From assembly GCF_009914755.1 (NCBI RefSeq), contig NC_060931.1: a DNA stretch of 64,000 nt. One strand, written 5' to 3'. Positions 1 to 15,416 of the stretch are shown here, piece after piece. The notes under the pieces were generated by a model. The model searched no databases. It was not told the DNA's origin and saw only the letters and a program-made list of their open reading frames with translations. This DNA comes from the human T2T-CHM13v2.0 reference genome, Homo sapiens. A program made the position numbers and the translations under genes. The first letter of the stretch is position 1, and every line of letters starts with the position of its first letter.

Positions 1-59
1 TTCTCTTGCAAAAACTGAGAATTTGGGCAAGCAAAGTTTTAAAGATATGTCCACAAATT

Positions 60-250
60 ATTTGAAAATCCTTCTTCTAAGAAATGGAGTTTAATTTCCC
101 TTTGCTTGTGTGCAGGTTACATTGAATGACTCAATTCTAATTGAATCTGGCAGTGGTAGTGGGATGGCACTTCAGGATTAGATTATAAAAAGAATGTGGC
201 TTCCATGGTGAGGTGGCCCATGTGGAAAGGAGCTAAGATCCTGGACCAAT
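60..250 (+). mobile_element. MaLR MLT1-type LTR fragment
   Basis: Resembles the recalled MLT1 consensus. Confidence 0.45.
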
Positions 251-1530
251 GTTCACTCAAGGCCCAAGGCTCTTCAGTCAGCTGTGGTGAATGCTGCTAG
301 TCTTGAGTCTCTCCCTTCAGGGCAGTGGGCTTCCTTCTGGCCCAGGGAAAGTCTGGAAATGCCTTCCAGAGCCAAGGCCTGGAATAGGGGACCCCAAGAG
401 CCCACTTGGTGCTCTACCCCACTGTGGCCAAGCCAGTACCCAAGCTGCAAGGCAAAGTCCCCTTTACCCTTCCCTCTCCTTTCCTCAGGCAGAAGGAGTC
501 GCTTCCCATAGCCACCACAGCTGGGAATGTGCTGGGTCACACCTGAAGCCAGCTTGGCTCTGACTCACAACCAAGGCCCAAGGTCAATACTGCCTGGTGA
601 CCACTGCCCACTATTCAGGGCCCAAGGGGTCTTTAGTCAGCAAGTGATGAATCCTGCCAGGACAGGTCCTTCCCTTTAAGACTGCAGGTTCCCTTCTGGC
701 TCATGATGTGTCTGGGAATATTTTCCAGAAGGTAGGGCCTGGAATGGAGGCCTCAAGACTCTGTCCAGTGCCCTACTCTACTGTGGCTGAGCTGGTATTC
801 AAGATGCAAGACAAAGTCCTCTTCACTCTCCCTTCTCCTGTCCTCAAGAAGAGAGAAGGAGTCAGTCCTGGAGCTGCAAGCTGCATTTCCTGGGGTTGGG
901 GGAAGAGTGATGCAAGCACTCTTGGACACCTCAGCTGATGTCTCAGTAGGTTGTGTGTACATTAAGTCCACTAGCTTCAAGCCCAGCATAGCACCAGGAC
1001 TTGCCCAGGAATTACAATCCTTGTGGTCTAGATTACCTTTCAAGTTTACATAGAACCCCAGAGTATTTTAGCCTGTGGTGATGAACCTTGCTGGAACTCA
1101 GCTTCAGACAACTGGGATGGATGATTTTCCTATCACTAAAGCTGGTCTCCCTGTTCCGTCCATGGGTGCCAGCTGAGTTCAGCCCTGTGTGTGCTTTTTG
1201 CTGTGATAGGGCAGCTCTGAGTTCCAACACAAAATCTGACAATCACTGAGTTACCCCTCCCCTAAATACACAGATTCTCTCTGTGTGCCACACGGCCACT
1301 GCCAGGGAATGGGGAAAGGCTGGTGTATGCGATTCAAGACTGTTTTTCCTACCTCTTCACTGCCTCTTTCTTTATTATAAGGTTAAAACCAGGCACTGTG
1401 ATTGCGCACCTGATTTTTCGTTCCTATGGAGGTGTTTTGTTGTGTGAGTAGTTGTTCAATTTGTTGTTCTTATTGGGAGGACAATCACTGAAGGTTTCTA
1501 TTTGGCCATCTTGCTCTGCCTCCTCTCCCA
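250..1530 (-). mobile_element. Old L1 (L1M/L1PB-type) 5' UTR
   Basis: Minus strand begins GGAGGCAGAGCAAGATGGCCAAATAG, a typical L1 5' end. Confidence 0.75.
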
Positions 1531-1567
1531 TCCATTCTTGTATTTTACTTTTCTAAGTGAATATTAA

Positions 1568-1923
<356 letters not shown>

Positions 1924-2739
1924 AAGTTTTGTTTTTTAATCTTAAAGTCACAGAAAATCTCAGGGGGTAGCTGTGGAATCTGAATTGCCTGTCTTTTGGA
2001 TAAAAGCCATTTTATCTGAGGTGAGATGATATCTCATTGTAGTTTTAATTTGCATTTCTCTCATGACTAGTGATGTTGAGCATGTTTTCACATATCTGTT
2101 GGTTACTTCTATGTTTTTGAGAAATGTCTATATCTTTTGCCAATTTTTAAATTAGATCATTTTTTCCTAGTGAGCAGTTTGAGCTCCTTATAATATTCTG
2201 GTTATTAATGTAAGGGCCCTCATTGTAAAAATCACCTTTTCTATATTCAGCATTTTTTTGTAATGTGATCAAACATATTTAGTTACAACTGTTAGCTTCA
2301 TCTCAATTGTTTCAGTTTTTAAACATTATAATATTAAATATTTTGAAAATACTGAAAAGTAAAAAGAATAAATAAACATTTGTGTTCACACCACTAAGAT
2401 CCAACAAATGGTAATATTTTGCCATGTTTTGGATATTTCAATTTTTCTTAAAAAATGAAGAATTACAAATACAAACAAAGCTTCCCTGATTCTAGTTCCC
2501 TTCTTCCTCTCTATACACAAACATTATCCTGAAATTTGTATGTTACACTGTTACATTTGTGTTCTAATATTTGTTCTATACATATATGTATGCAAATTAA
2601 ATAAAGTTGAGATGCCAGTACATCTTTGGTACATTGTGGATGAAGGAATTTTAAGGTTTAGAGAAACAAGAATTTGGGGTGAATTTATCATATGTTTAGA
2701 GTGAATTTATCATGTGTCTAGAGTAAATTTATCATGTAA

Positions 2740-3640
2740 GTGATGAAAAAAAGCAAATTGTTTTCCTACTCTCACACACTGCAGAACACTTCACCTCTGG
2801 TTCCCATATTTTATGGAAACTTCTCCCCACACACAACAAAGCAGTTCTGTAGTGGACACCAACTGGGCGTTCTACCATTTAAATTCTGATGCTGTCTACC
2901 TGGAGTTAGCATCAGATCCCACAGATTAAAGTCTCAGTCCCACAAGACTATCCCCACTTCAGATGCCAATCAGAAACCACAGGGTATGATTTGTGCTTCT
3001 GCCCACCTATAGTTGGCTACAAATTGGGTGTTCCCAAAACTGCCTCCCTGGGTTTAATTAATTTGCTAGAATGGCACACAGAACTCAGGGTGAAACACTT
3101 TATTTACACTTATCTATTCATTATTAAGGCTATTACAAAGGATACAGATGAACGGCCAGGTGGAAGACGCATTAAGCAAGGTATGGGGAAGGGACACAGA
3201 GTTTCCATGCCCTCTCTGGGGAACACTCTCCAGGGACCTCAACATGTTACCAATCCAGAAGCTCTTGGAACAAATAAAGGCTTTAATGTAGACAGGATTG
3301 ATTAAATCATTGGCCATTGGTGATTATCTCAACCTTCATCCCTACTCCCCTGCCTGGAGGTTGGGAGTAGATGAGACTGAAAATTCGAACTCTCTGATCA
3401 CAGGGTTGGTTCCCCTGGCAACCAGGCCCCACCCTAAAGCTATCCAGGAGCTCCCAGCTATCACTCCAATCTTTGGAAATCCCAAAATCCCAAGGGTTTT
3501 ACTAGCTGTGTGCCAGGAGCCATGATCAAAGACCAAATATTAGAACAAAATATTCTCCTACTGCCCCGTTTACAAAGCTTATAGGAACTCTGTCTCAGGA
3601 TCCAAGACAGAAACCAATTTATATATTTCTTATTATGGTT
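2740..3640. mobile_element. MER21-family solo LTR
   Basis: Characteristic ttttcctactctcacac, cagatcccacag...ctcagtcccacaagac and ctggcaaccag blocks. Confidence 0.7.
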
Positions 3641-4179
3641 AACCACTCACCCACCCACTAACTCTGTTCCAAAAGAATCCCCAGGGAATACTACCTCTAC
3701 CAATGCATTAAGAAATATATTGGTAAATAAAGAACCAACATCCTGGAAAAGTTCAGTGTCTTCAAATCAGTGAAGGTGTTTGAAAATAATCCCCTTGACA
3801 CGGCCTCTCTGATTCCCAATCTTAAGGGACAGTTGGTAATTACCAAAATGGGCAACAAGACTAGAGCACCAGCCAAAACCATTTTATCCACAGATACCAC
3901 TGAGAGCAGCTAATTGATTTTGGTATTCCTAGAACAAATATAGATATCTGTACCATCTATAACATATGAAAAAAATTAGAACTTTCATTTTTGTTAACAG
4001 AGTCTTAACTCCAAGCAAGACAATGGAGAATCACAACTTCTCACTAAGTTCCCAGACTTGAGTCATTTCACAAACATAAGTCCCTTCAATAAAAGGAGGA
4101 CCAGATACCATCAAGACTTCCCACTGTTACACTAACACAAGAAGTTTGTATAAAATTTCTCTCTTGAGTTCCCTCTAAG

Positions 4180-4954
4180 GCACAGAGCAAGGACCCCACT
4201 TAGGTGCCTTCCAGGCCTCTCCCAAGCACGGAAATAAAGGAAAATCTTGAGTTGCTTTGAGAGAAATTTTAGGCACCTAGCGAGCTCTGAGAAGTAAACG
4301 AGCAACTTGATAAATAAAAAGGTGATAGTAGCTGTAAACAATAGCCAAGGAAGTTAGAGTCACAAGATGTTTGGTTCCCTGAAGAAACTAAGAATAACAT
4401 GTTCACATATGTCCCGAGTTGTGTTTCAGAAACCTGGGCCCACACTAAATGGATCCATTGGTACGTAGACCTCAGATAAGAAGGAATTGCCGACTGAACT
4501 CCAACTGCTGTTCTTTCTAAGTTTCTTCCTAAGGGGCTTGGAGGTAGTCACACCCATGAGCCATACCTAACGTATCTTTCTGCTGATCCCAAATTTTTAA
4601 ACAAAGCTTTTCTTCCTTAACTAGTTGCAAATCAGAAAATCTTTCAATCTATCTATGACCTGGAAGCACCTGCTTCAAGATATCCCACCTTTTTAGTCCC
4701 AACCACTGTATAACTTACATGTATTGATTTTGAATTTTGCCTGTAACTTTAGCTTTCCTGAAATTGACCCCTGCCTTTAAAAACCTGTGCTTGCAAGCCA
4801 TCGGTGAGGTCAGGTATTAAGCAGGAGCTGCTAGATTGCCCTTGCTTGGTGCCCTGCAAATAAACACCCTCCTTTCACCTGTTACAAACTTCAATGTGTA
4901 TGTTTGGCCTTATGCAAGTGCTGAGTGAGTGAAACCCAGTTCAGTTTGGTAACA
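4180..4954 (+). mobile_element. ERV1 solo LTR (MER39/MER34-like)
   Basis: TATA-like tttaaaa, AATAAA near 4859, ends GGTAACA. Subfamily and start position uncertain. Confidence 0.6.
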
Positions 4955-5828
4955 GTAGTGTGACTGTACACTGGAGAAAGAGAAATACTCAGATTCTTCA
5001 GAGATTATTGCACTTGTTCAGAGCTTACAAATTCCCACAGATCCTATATGTCAGTGTGGTCCAGTAGTCAGGGTGGGGGCTTACGGAGGCCAATGACCTA
5101 CATTAAATAAAGTTGAGAAGGCAGAAATTCTTTGTTGCAATGCAGAAGAAGGAATACAACAATCAGAATCCATCTCACAGTTGAATGAGTGGCTCTGTGA
5201 ACCCCCTCGTGCTTAGCTAACTATTCAGTTTCTGAATGCAAACTGTACATTCAACAATAGGAAGTATACCTACTTCAGCTCCTTGTTTTATGAAGTAAGG
5301 GCTATAAGGTAGGAAGATCAGATGAAAGTGGCTGGAATAGTCCCTTTTTTGAAAATAGAAAGTCACAAACAATATTCCAGAGATTACTGCCACAATCAAA
5401 TTTGAAAGACTAAGGGGTAAAGATTTCTGCCACCTCCTTGTTTAAATCACCTATGTGGCCTATGGAAAAAAACAGATGGCTTTTACAGAATTATGTGCAA
5501 TATCATAAATGTAATCAGGTAGTGTTGCTACTTGCATGGTTGCTCAAGATGTGATTTCTTACTGGAAACCTAGTATGCCATTATTAAATCTGGCAAATGC
5601 TTTTCCTCTAGACTATTACTTGAGACCATAGAAGCAATTTGCTTCATGTGGCAGAAACAGTACTGTGGATTCCCTATATTAACGCAGGAGCTTTGGCAAC
5701 TCTCTGGCTCTTTGTCATAACCAAGTTCCAAAGATCTGGATCGCCTTATCCCACTGAACATTATGTTTGTCCAGGATTTTGGTAACATCCTTCTAATTGC
5801 ACTTGGAATTAAATGTGTAGAAATACAA

Positions 5829-6126
5829 GCCAGGTGTGGTGGCTCACACCTGTAATCCCAGCACTTTGGGAGGCCGAGGAGGGTGGGATTACCTCGGGTC
5901 AGGAGTTCAAGACCAGGTTCGCCAACAAGGTGAAACCCCCGCCTCTACTAAAAATGAAAAAAAAAAAAAATTAGCCACGCATGGTGGCACACACCTGTAA
6001 TCCCAGCTACTTGGGAGGCTACTCAGGAGAATTGCCTGAGCCCGGAAGGCAGAGGTTGCAGTGAGCCAAGATCGTGCCACTGCACTCCAGCCTGACTGAC
6101 AGAGTAAGACTCTGTCTCAAAAAGAA

Positions 6127-6181
<55 letters not shown>
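5829..6181 (+). mobile_element. AluS with (GAAA)n microsatellite tail (about 6125-6181)
   Basis: Alu consensus plus about 13 GAAA units. Confidence 0.95.
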
Positions 6182-6182
<1 letters not shown>

Positions 6183-6570
6183 CCATTACACTAAAGCTGA
6201 ATTTGTACAAATCATCATTCACCTTAACAAATATTACACCTTCTCAGTGTGCAGTTTCCCTTTCTCTGTTTTGTCCCTTTACCTGAAAAATCCCTCTCTT
6301 GCCTCACAGTTTTACCTCATTTGGCTTCTCTTAAAGGATGTGCTCATTTTTCTTTCTTAATTTTCTGATCTTTTTTTTCTGTGACTTTTACTGGCTCTGT
6401 TTCTTCTCCATTGCCCCTCCCACCGACACACATCGCCAATGTCAGCCATTGCTCATATTCTCTTTACATGATACATATTTTTGTCTAGAATTTATGAGGA
6501 AAGTGGACTCCAGTCTAGGAATTTTGAGGAGAAAGAGATTTAATACAGGAAGTTAGAAATGTACGCATTA

Positions 6571-6879
6571 GGCCGGGCACGGTGGCTCATACCTGTAATC
6601 CCAGCACTTTGGGAGCTTGAGGCAGGCGGATCATGAGGTCAGGAGTTCTAGATCAGCCTGGCCAACATAGTGAAACCCTGTCTCTACTAAAAATACAAAA
6701 ATTATCTGGGCATGGTGGCGCATACCTGCAGTCCTAGCTACTTAGGAGGCTGAGGCAGGAGAATTGCTTGAACCCAGGAGATGGAAGTTGCAGTGAGCCA
6801 AGATCGCACCATTGCACTCCAGCCTGGGCAACAGAGTGAGATTCCATCTCAAAAAAAAAAGAAAAGAAAAGAAAAAAAA
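6571..6879 (+). mobile_element. AluS (Sg-like)
   Basis: GGCCGGGC start and A-rich tail. Confidence 0.95.
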
Positions 6880-8714
6880 GGTACACATTTATAAGGCTGG
6901 AGGAAGCCCAAATTATTCCAGAAAGTGGCTGGAAATCTAACAGTGAGAGCCCACAGGGGTGTGGTAAGGCCACCAATGAGAAGTCAGACAACAGTTGCCA
7001 AGGGATGTAAGGACTGCACCCTCTGAACATCATGAAACTGCCTCACCTTGAAATAATCTACCCTGAAACTATGCAAGAAAGAAATTCTGAGGAATTCGTT
7101 CCAGGCTTCTTTCCTATGAGACAAAGGAGAAGGAGGGAACAGACAGGAGCACTGCTGAGTTGACAAAAGACAACCCAGTTGTTTTCAAGGATGTAAACCC
7201 ACCACCCTAGAAACACTCATCCCTAATCTGAGCCTTAAATTAAAATAAAATTAAAAAAAAAAAACCTGTATCATTCTGATTTTGCCAAGATAATCTCAAA
7301 CTTGAATCCAAACCAAAATCTTTACAATAGTCTGTCTCCCACTTTTCTCTTCTGACATTGGGATTGTATCCTCCAGAGTCTTCGACTTTTAAATCAGGAG
7401 GTCAAATTTTATTTCTTCTTTTTCATAATCTGTGAATCTCATTGTTTTCTACTTTCCATAGTTGATTTTTTTCTTCTCAACCATGCTGCAAGCATAATAC
7501 TTCAAGTTATAATTACCCATTTCCTATATTTCTATATTCAGATCTCCATGGCTTTGCAGTATATTTGTCAGCCTTTTTGCATGCTATGCAAGTCTAGATT
7601 CAAAAATATGGCTCTGCTGATAAAAAACCCTTGTGTAGTTCTCCATGTCCTCAGAATAAAGTCCAAAATTCCCATAAGGCCCTCTGTTCTGCTCCAAATT
7701 ACGCATGTGCTGTTATCTCTGACAGTCATAATGGGCTTCTCCCTGCAGTGAACACACTGTACTAATGTCCATCTCTTTGATTTATTTATAATTACCATGA
7801 ACTACAATGCCCTTATCATCTTTTCTCATCAAAATCTGCCCCATCTCAAGTGTGATCTTCCCGTGATCTGCCAGAACTTCAGCCTGCTTTGATGCTTTGC
7901 TTTCTCTGAAATCCCGAATCTGTCAACACATACTTTTGCATTTACCCTTATACTATTTTTCAGTGTTGTTTAATTTAATTCATTCATTAATGATTATCAT
8001 CACTGTGCCAGAAACTGTACTGGGCACTACTTAAATACTCCACGTTCATTTGCTTGGTCTCTCCAACTAAACTGTGACTTCCTTGAGGCCAGGATTATAT
8101 TTTACATGTTTCTTCTGATCTGTATGTTGTCCAGCCCAACTTATTCTACATACAAGATGTTCAACAGATCTTACTGAATTGTATTAAATTGGTCTCAAAT
8201 TTGGCAAGAGAAAATAAGAAGATGAATTTATTGAATTAAAAGGGGAAAATAGAATGGAATTAGGAATCATCATTAGACATCTCATTGTCAGATTGGTTCA
8301 TATTAAACCTCAAGCAGAATAATAGCACAGCCTTCACCACAGTAATTTTCTTCAAATTTTGCCAGAACATAACTTTCCAGAAAGAAAGAGATTTTTAAGT
8401 AATGCTTGTGAGGAGAACTTAACAACACAGGGCAGTTAAATTCTCCCACACTTAGTTCATAATATATAAAAGGTAATAGCCCAAAGCTTAATTCTGAATT
8501 CTGAAAAATGCATCTATTATTTTTCCTTTAACTGTTCTACCTAAAGAACCCTGCCCTTTGACAAGCTTGTGAACAATGAATTACAAAACAGAGAGAACTT
8601 TCTCTTGTCCGTAAGTAATAAATGCTTTCTATCTTTCCTAGTAGATTAATCAAATATCATTACGTATTGGCCTACTTTGTTAAATCTTCTTTTAATAATA
8701 ATAAGGTCTCCCAT

Positions 8715-11700
8715 TTTTTAAAGCTTTATTGACGTACAAAATGCACAAATTTAATGTCTATAATTTGATAAATTGTGACATATGTATACACCCACGAAAC
8801 CACTACTACAATCAAAATAGTGAATATAAACATCAACCCCCAAATCCTCCCGGAGCCAACCAGTGATCTGTTTTAGTTACTATAGATTAATTTGAATTTT
8901 CTAGAGTTTTACATAAATAGAATCATGCAGTATGTACTATTTATTGGTTAGCTACTTTCACTCAGTATAATTCTTTTTTATTTTTCCCACAATGGGTCAT
9001 TCCTTTTTGTTGCCAAACTTTTTTCAATCAGCATAACTACTTCGAAATTTATCCATGTTGTTGCGTATATCAATAGTCTACTCCCTTTTAGTATTGAGTA
9101 ATAGTCTATTATATAAATATGACACAATTTCTTTATCCATTCATTTGTTCATGGAATTTAGGTTGTTGCCAATTTTTTTGGCTATTGCTAATAAAATTGT
9201 CATAAACACTATGTATAAGCCATCTATGGAAATACACCTTGTTTTCTCTTCGGTAAATACTTAGGCATAAGTTAGCTGAGTAATATTTTAGGCATATATT
9301 AAAAACAATTTAAGAAATTGTCAAACTGTTTTTAAAGTGGCTTGGCTATTTTATGTCCATAGCAATAGTATATGAGAATTCAGTTTCTTCACAACTTCAC
9401 TAACACTTGGTATTGTCAGACTTTTAAATTTTAGCCTTTCTAGTAAGTGTATAGTGGTATATTGTGGTTTTAACTTATATTTACCTAATAAATAATGACG
9501 CTGAGCATTTTTATAGGTCTATTTTCCATTCGTGTATCTTCAATGTGAAGTGTCTCTTCAAATATTTTACCTATTTTAATTGGAATTTGTTTTGGTATTA
9601 TTGAAGTTGGAGAGTTCTTCATATATTCTGGATATGATCTGTAATCAGATCTTTTTCAGATATGTGTCTTATAAATATTTTCCTCTAGTCAATGACTTTT
9701 AAGATTTTCTTCATGGAACCTTCTAATGAGCACTGTTTTTAAAATTTTGATAAACTATTTACCAATTTCTTATTTTATGGATTGTGCTTTAGTATCATGT
9801 TTAAGAAACGTTTGCCTAAGCTGAGGTCAAAAAGATTTTCTAATACATTTTCTTCTAAAATAATTATTGTTTTAGTTCTACATTTGTGTATGTGATTTGT
9901 TTCAATTACTTTTGTTCATGTTGTAATGTGTAGATTACAGTCGTTTTTAAAAAAACATTTTTTATTTGTGGATTTCTAATAGTTCTGGCACTATTTGTTG
10001 AAAAGATTATTGTTTAACCAAAGAATTGTGTTTGTATAGTTGTCAGAAATCAGTTGTTCATGTATGTAAGAGTTTATTTTTGTACCCCCTATACTGTTTC
10101 ATTTATCTATCTTGACACCAGTACCGGTATCACATTCTTGATAGCATCACAAGTTTGGAAATTCATTAGTATTATCCCTTTATTTTTTTTAATTTTCCAC
10201 TTCTTTATTTTTTTTAATTTTCCACTTCTTTATTTTACTATGTTAGATCTTTGACATTTTCATATGAATTTTGGAATTAGCTTGTCAATTTCTACAAAAA
10301 CACATGCAGAGATTTTGATTGGAATTACATTGAACCTAAAGATCAATTTGGGGCAAATTATCATCTTAACAATATTAAGTGTTTTGGTTCATGGACATGC
10401 TGTATATCTCCATTTACTTAGGTCTTCCTTAATTTCTGTCAACAGTGTTTTATAGCTTTCCAAGTGCAGGATCCTGCATGTCTTTTTTTTAACCCAGAAA
10501 TACCTCATTTTATTTTATATTTTTGATATTAGTCTAAACGGTATCATTTTATATAATTTCAATTTATGGTTGTTTATTGATAATGTATAAAAGCTTATTT
10601 CGGCTTATTGGCTTTGCATTTTTGTACCTTGCCAAAAATCACTTATTAGTTCTAGTAGTGCTTTTGCAGTTTCCTTTGGGTTTTCTACATAGGGGATCAT
10701 GCTGTCTGCAAAAACAGACAGTTTGGATGGCCTTAATTTCCTTTTCTTGCCTTATGTAATAAGAAAATTGTCCTATATCTTTACACATCTAGTTACCATT
10801 TCCACTTCTCTTCATCCCACTTAGTAAATCCATATTTCCAACTGCCATCATTTTCCATAGATTTCTATTAATATTTCTTGTAGTATGATCTGCAGGTGAT
10901 TTTTTTTTAGTTTTTGTGTGTCTGAAAAAGTTTTTTTAATTATTTTTATTTAAAATATATTTTCACACAGTAGAGAATTCTAGGTTGACCTTTTTTTCTT
11001 TCAGTGTAAGATGTTATCCTGCATACTGTTTTTGTCAAGAAATTGGCTGTCATCCCACGTTTGTTCCTCTGCATATCACATGATTTTTTTCTCTGAAGGC
11101 TTTAAAGACTTTCTATGTATCACTGGTTTTGAGCAAATTGATTATATTTTGCCTTGGTGTACTTGTGTCTTTTTATATTCTTGGATCTTTTATATCAATT
11201 TTGAAATGTTTTCTAGCATTCTTTCTTTAATCTTTGCTATGCTCCTCTCCCTTGAAGACTCCAATTACTTCTATATTAGACCACTTGAGGTTGTCATAGC
11301 TCAATGATTCTCTTTTTATTGTTTTCCTTTTTCTCTCTGTGTCTTTTCTTTTGTATAATTTATGTTGCTATGTCAGTGAAGTTTCTTAACCTTTCCTTCT
11401 GCAGTGGCTAATCTGCTTTTAATTCTATCCAGCATATTTTAATGTCACACATTGTAGTTTTCATTTTTAAAAGTCTGAGTATTTTAAAAATTATCTTTCC
11501 CATTTCTACTTAATGTTTTGAATACATAGAAAACCTCTATAATTACTCTTCTTAATGTTCTTGTCTGCAAATTTTAACATTTGTGCCAGTTATGGGTCTA
11601 TTTCGATTGATTATTTTCTTCTCATTATGGATCACATTTTCCTAATTTTTGGAAGGTCTGATAATCTTTGATGGGATGTCAAACGTGAATTTTTTCTTTG

Positions 11701-12335
11701 TTGGGTGCTGAATATATATGTATTTCTATAAATATTCTTGAGCTTTTTTCTGAATACAGTTAAATTATGTGGAAACAAAATCTAAGGTCTCGTTTTCATA
11801 ATTTGTTAGATGTCAGTAACATTTATTCTAAGGTTAATTATTTCCCATTACTGAGATGGGACTTTTCTGAGTACTCCATCCAGTGCCTTGTGAATTATGA
11901 CATTTTCCAGTCTGGCTAGTGACAACAGGCACTATTCCCAGCCCTCTGTGGTACCAGTAGTTCTTTCTCTAATCCTCTTGGATGTGCTAATCAGTACCCT
12001 GCGAATACTCAAAGAGGAAACTCCACATCTGTGGAGTTCTTTATTTATGCATGCTGTTCTTTATTTATGCACCTGGGCTGTACCTAGGTTCTCCCTCCCT
12101 TCACCACATCCTGGAAACTCTCTCAAAGCAACAAGCTGGGGAAGCAATAAGACTCACCTCATTTGTTACTAGTTAATTAATTAAAAGTCACTGTCCTTTA
12201 TTCCCTGACGGCCGATATTTTAAAAATTATTTTTCAAGTATGTTAATGTTTGTTCTTTGTTTGTTTGTTTATTTCAAGCAGGAGGGTAAATCTGTTCCTT
12301 GTTATTTTATCTTGGTTGGAAGTAGAAGTCCTATT
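8715..12335 (-). mobile_element. Old L1M (L1MC/MD-like): 3' end and ORF2 remnant joined to a 5' region
   Basis: T-rich L1 antisense signature. L1M 3' terminus near 8720 and L1M 5'-end-like motif near 12280-12330. Confidence 0.75.
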
Positions 12336-12649
12336 TTGCTTCTCTTAATGTTGATGGAGATAAATAGATTTAAGATATTTTTTATCTTAGAGAATTAAAG
12401 ATGAGATATATATACTTGCCAAATTCTTAGAATAAAATAAGATAAAAAATAAACATATGACAATTCTAGATTGTCCTCGATATAATATTTTTCAAAAATA
12501 AATGTGTTCAGACACAAAACAAATGAATATAACTGTTGAATATACACACAAAAATTCATAAATACTAGTTAGCAAAAGGCAGAAATATATTAAAATAACA
12601 ATACGTCATAACCATAAAATTAAGAATTATTTTGGACATCAGTTAATAT

Positions 12650-12830
12650 TGTAGCTCTCTTATAAAATATTTGAGTACAGACTTGGAATTTTAACAAAAC
12701 TTGTTCAAATCCCAACAATATCACTTACTTGCTATGTAATTTGGGGCATGTTTCTCATCTCTTTTCATGGGCACTTTATCTTGGCTAAAAAACTCACCTC
12801 ATTAAGATTATAAGAAGAGTAAATAAAGCA
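12650..12830 (+). mobile_element. MIR
   Basis: gttcaaatccc...cacttacttgctatgt core. Confidence 0.6.
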
Positions 12831-13475
12831 CTGTTTGGTACACTTGAACAGAAGTTTTGGAATGCCACTTTTTTTTAAGTTACTTTCTAGAATTGTGTAG
12901 AAATTGCAAAGTTAGTGGTGATCTGCTCCAATTTCTCACTCTCCAGGGACTTTTTTTCAGAGATGTGCACTCAGCTTTTACTTTGTACACTACCAGTCAA
13001 AGAAATTTGTATATTTAAAAGCTAAAGGATTTAGGGTTAGGTGTGAAAGCATTTTATAAATCTAGGACACTATTATACTGTTAGACTAAAAGTACAATCT
13101 GATAGTTCACTCAGACATTTATAAGATTTGACTAAGCTTTAAATGCATTCTGCAGATGCAATCTACAACCATTTACAGCTAAATGAGTACTTAGCCCATG
13201 CTAACCCAGTGTCCTCTGTCCCAGTCAAGAAGAACAGATGGCCTCCTTTACAGCTGTTTCTCCTTGTTGGAATCATTTTAGGCAATGGCTTTTACTTCAT
13301 TTAACTGTCTCATAATTCATGCATATATTAATTTATATACACAATGAATAGATATGCAACTGATACATAAGATGTATTGCCTAGGCCTATGCAAAATGCT
13401 GAGTGGGAAAAAAATAGCATGATGTTTGTTCCCAAGAAAGACCAGACAGACAAGCAAAGAAAAAAAAAAAAAAAA

Positions 13476-14353
<878 letters not shown>

Positions 14354-15416
14354 TTCCTGTCTTCTTATATTAATAAGAAAAATAAAATGAAATAGTGGTA
14401 AAGTGTTGGGATGGCGAAAATTTTTGGGGGTGGTATGGAGAGATAATGGGCGATGTTTCTCAGGGCTGCTTTGAGCGGGATTAGGGGTGGCATGGGAATT
14501 TAGAGTGAGAGAGATTAAGCTGAAGGAAGATTTTGTGGTAATAGGTGATATTGTGGGGTTGTTAGAAGAAACATTTGTCATTTAGAATTATTGGTGATGG
14601 CCTGGATACGGTTCTGTATGAATTGAAAAACTAAACGGAATAAGAGAAAGAGAAAAACAGGTATTAAAGGTCTAAGAATTGGGAGGACCCAGGACATCTA
14701 ATTAGAGAGTGCCTAAGGAGATTCAGCATAGTCCTGCCAGCAAAGATTATTTATTTACTTTAAGAGTTTAGAGTGGCAGTTTGGGGATAGCACCAGGAGA
14801 TATCAGCTGTGATGGCTTGGAGAAACAGTGTAAACCGGCAGTGTAAACAGGAGCAGGGCATGTATGAGTAGTTGAGAACAGTGAATAGGAGTATGACTAG
14901 ACAGAAGATAGTAGGGATGACAAGTTTTTGGGGGCACAGTCCAAGTTGGTCTGGTGAGACTGGGGCTTAATAAAAAGGAGCGTCCATACAGGAGCTCAAA
15001 TGGGCTGTACATTGTAGCATTCTGAGGACAGGCCTGAATTCTGAGAAGGGAAAATGGTAAAAGTATTGTCTAGTCCTTTTTAAGTTGGTGGCTGAGCTTG
15101 GTGAGGTGTGTTTTTAAAAGACCATTAGTCCATTCTACCTTTTCTGAAGACTGAGGACCATAAGGGATATAAAGGTTTCACTGAATACCAAGAGCCTGAA
15201 AAAATGTTTGGCTGATTTGACTAATAAAGGCCGGTCTGCTATCGGACTGTATAGAGGTGGGAAGGCCAAACCAAGCAATTATGTCTAACAGAAGGGAAGA
15301 AATAACCACGGTGGCCTTCTCAGACCCTGTAGGAAAGGCCTCTACCCATCCAGTGAAAGTGTCTACCTAGACTAAGAGGTATTTTAGTTTTCTGACTCAG
15401 GGCATGTTGAGTAAAG

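Larger units (their letters stand above)
2597..5820 (+). mobile_element. Ancient ERV-L internal (gag-pro-RT) relic interrupted by two younger LTRs
   Basis: Around 5430-5520 resembles the ERV-L RT segment SPFNSPIWPVxKxDG..YRKLN. Around 4960-5090 resembles ERV-L protease. Heavily degenerate. Confidence 0.65.

Noticed and set aside
4125-4954. TGTTAC...GTAACA as the LTR termini
   Set aside because: No matching TSD, and 4125-4180 looks like ERV-L internal sequence, so the LTR probably starts later.
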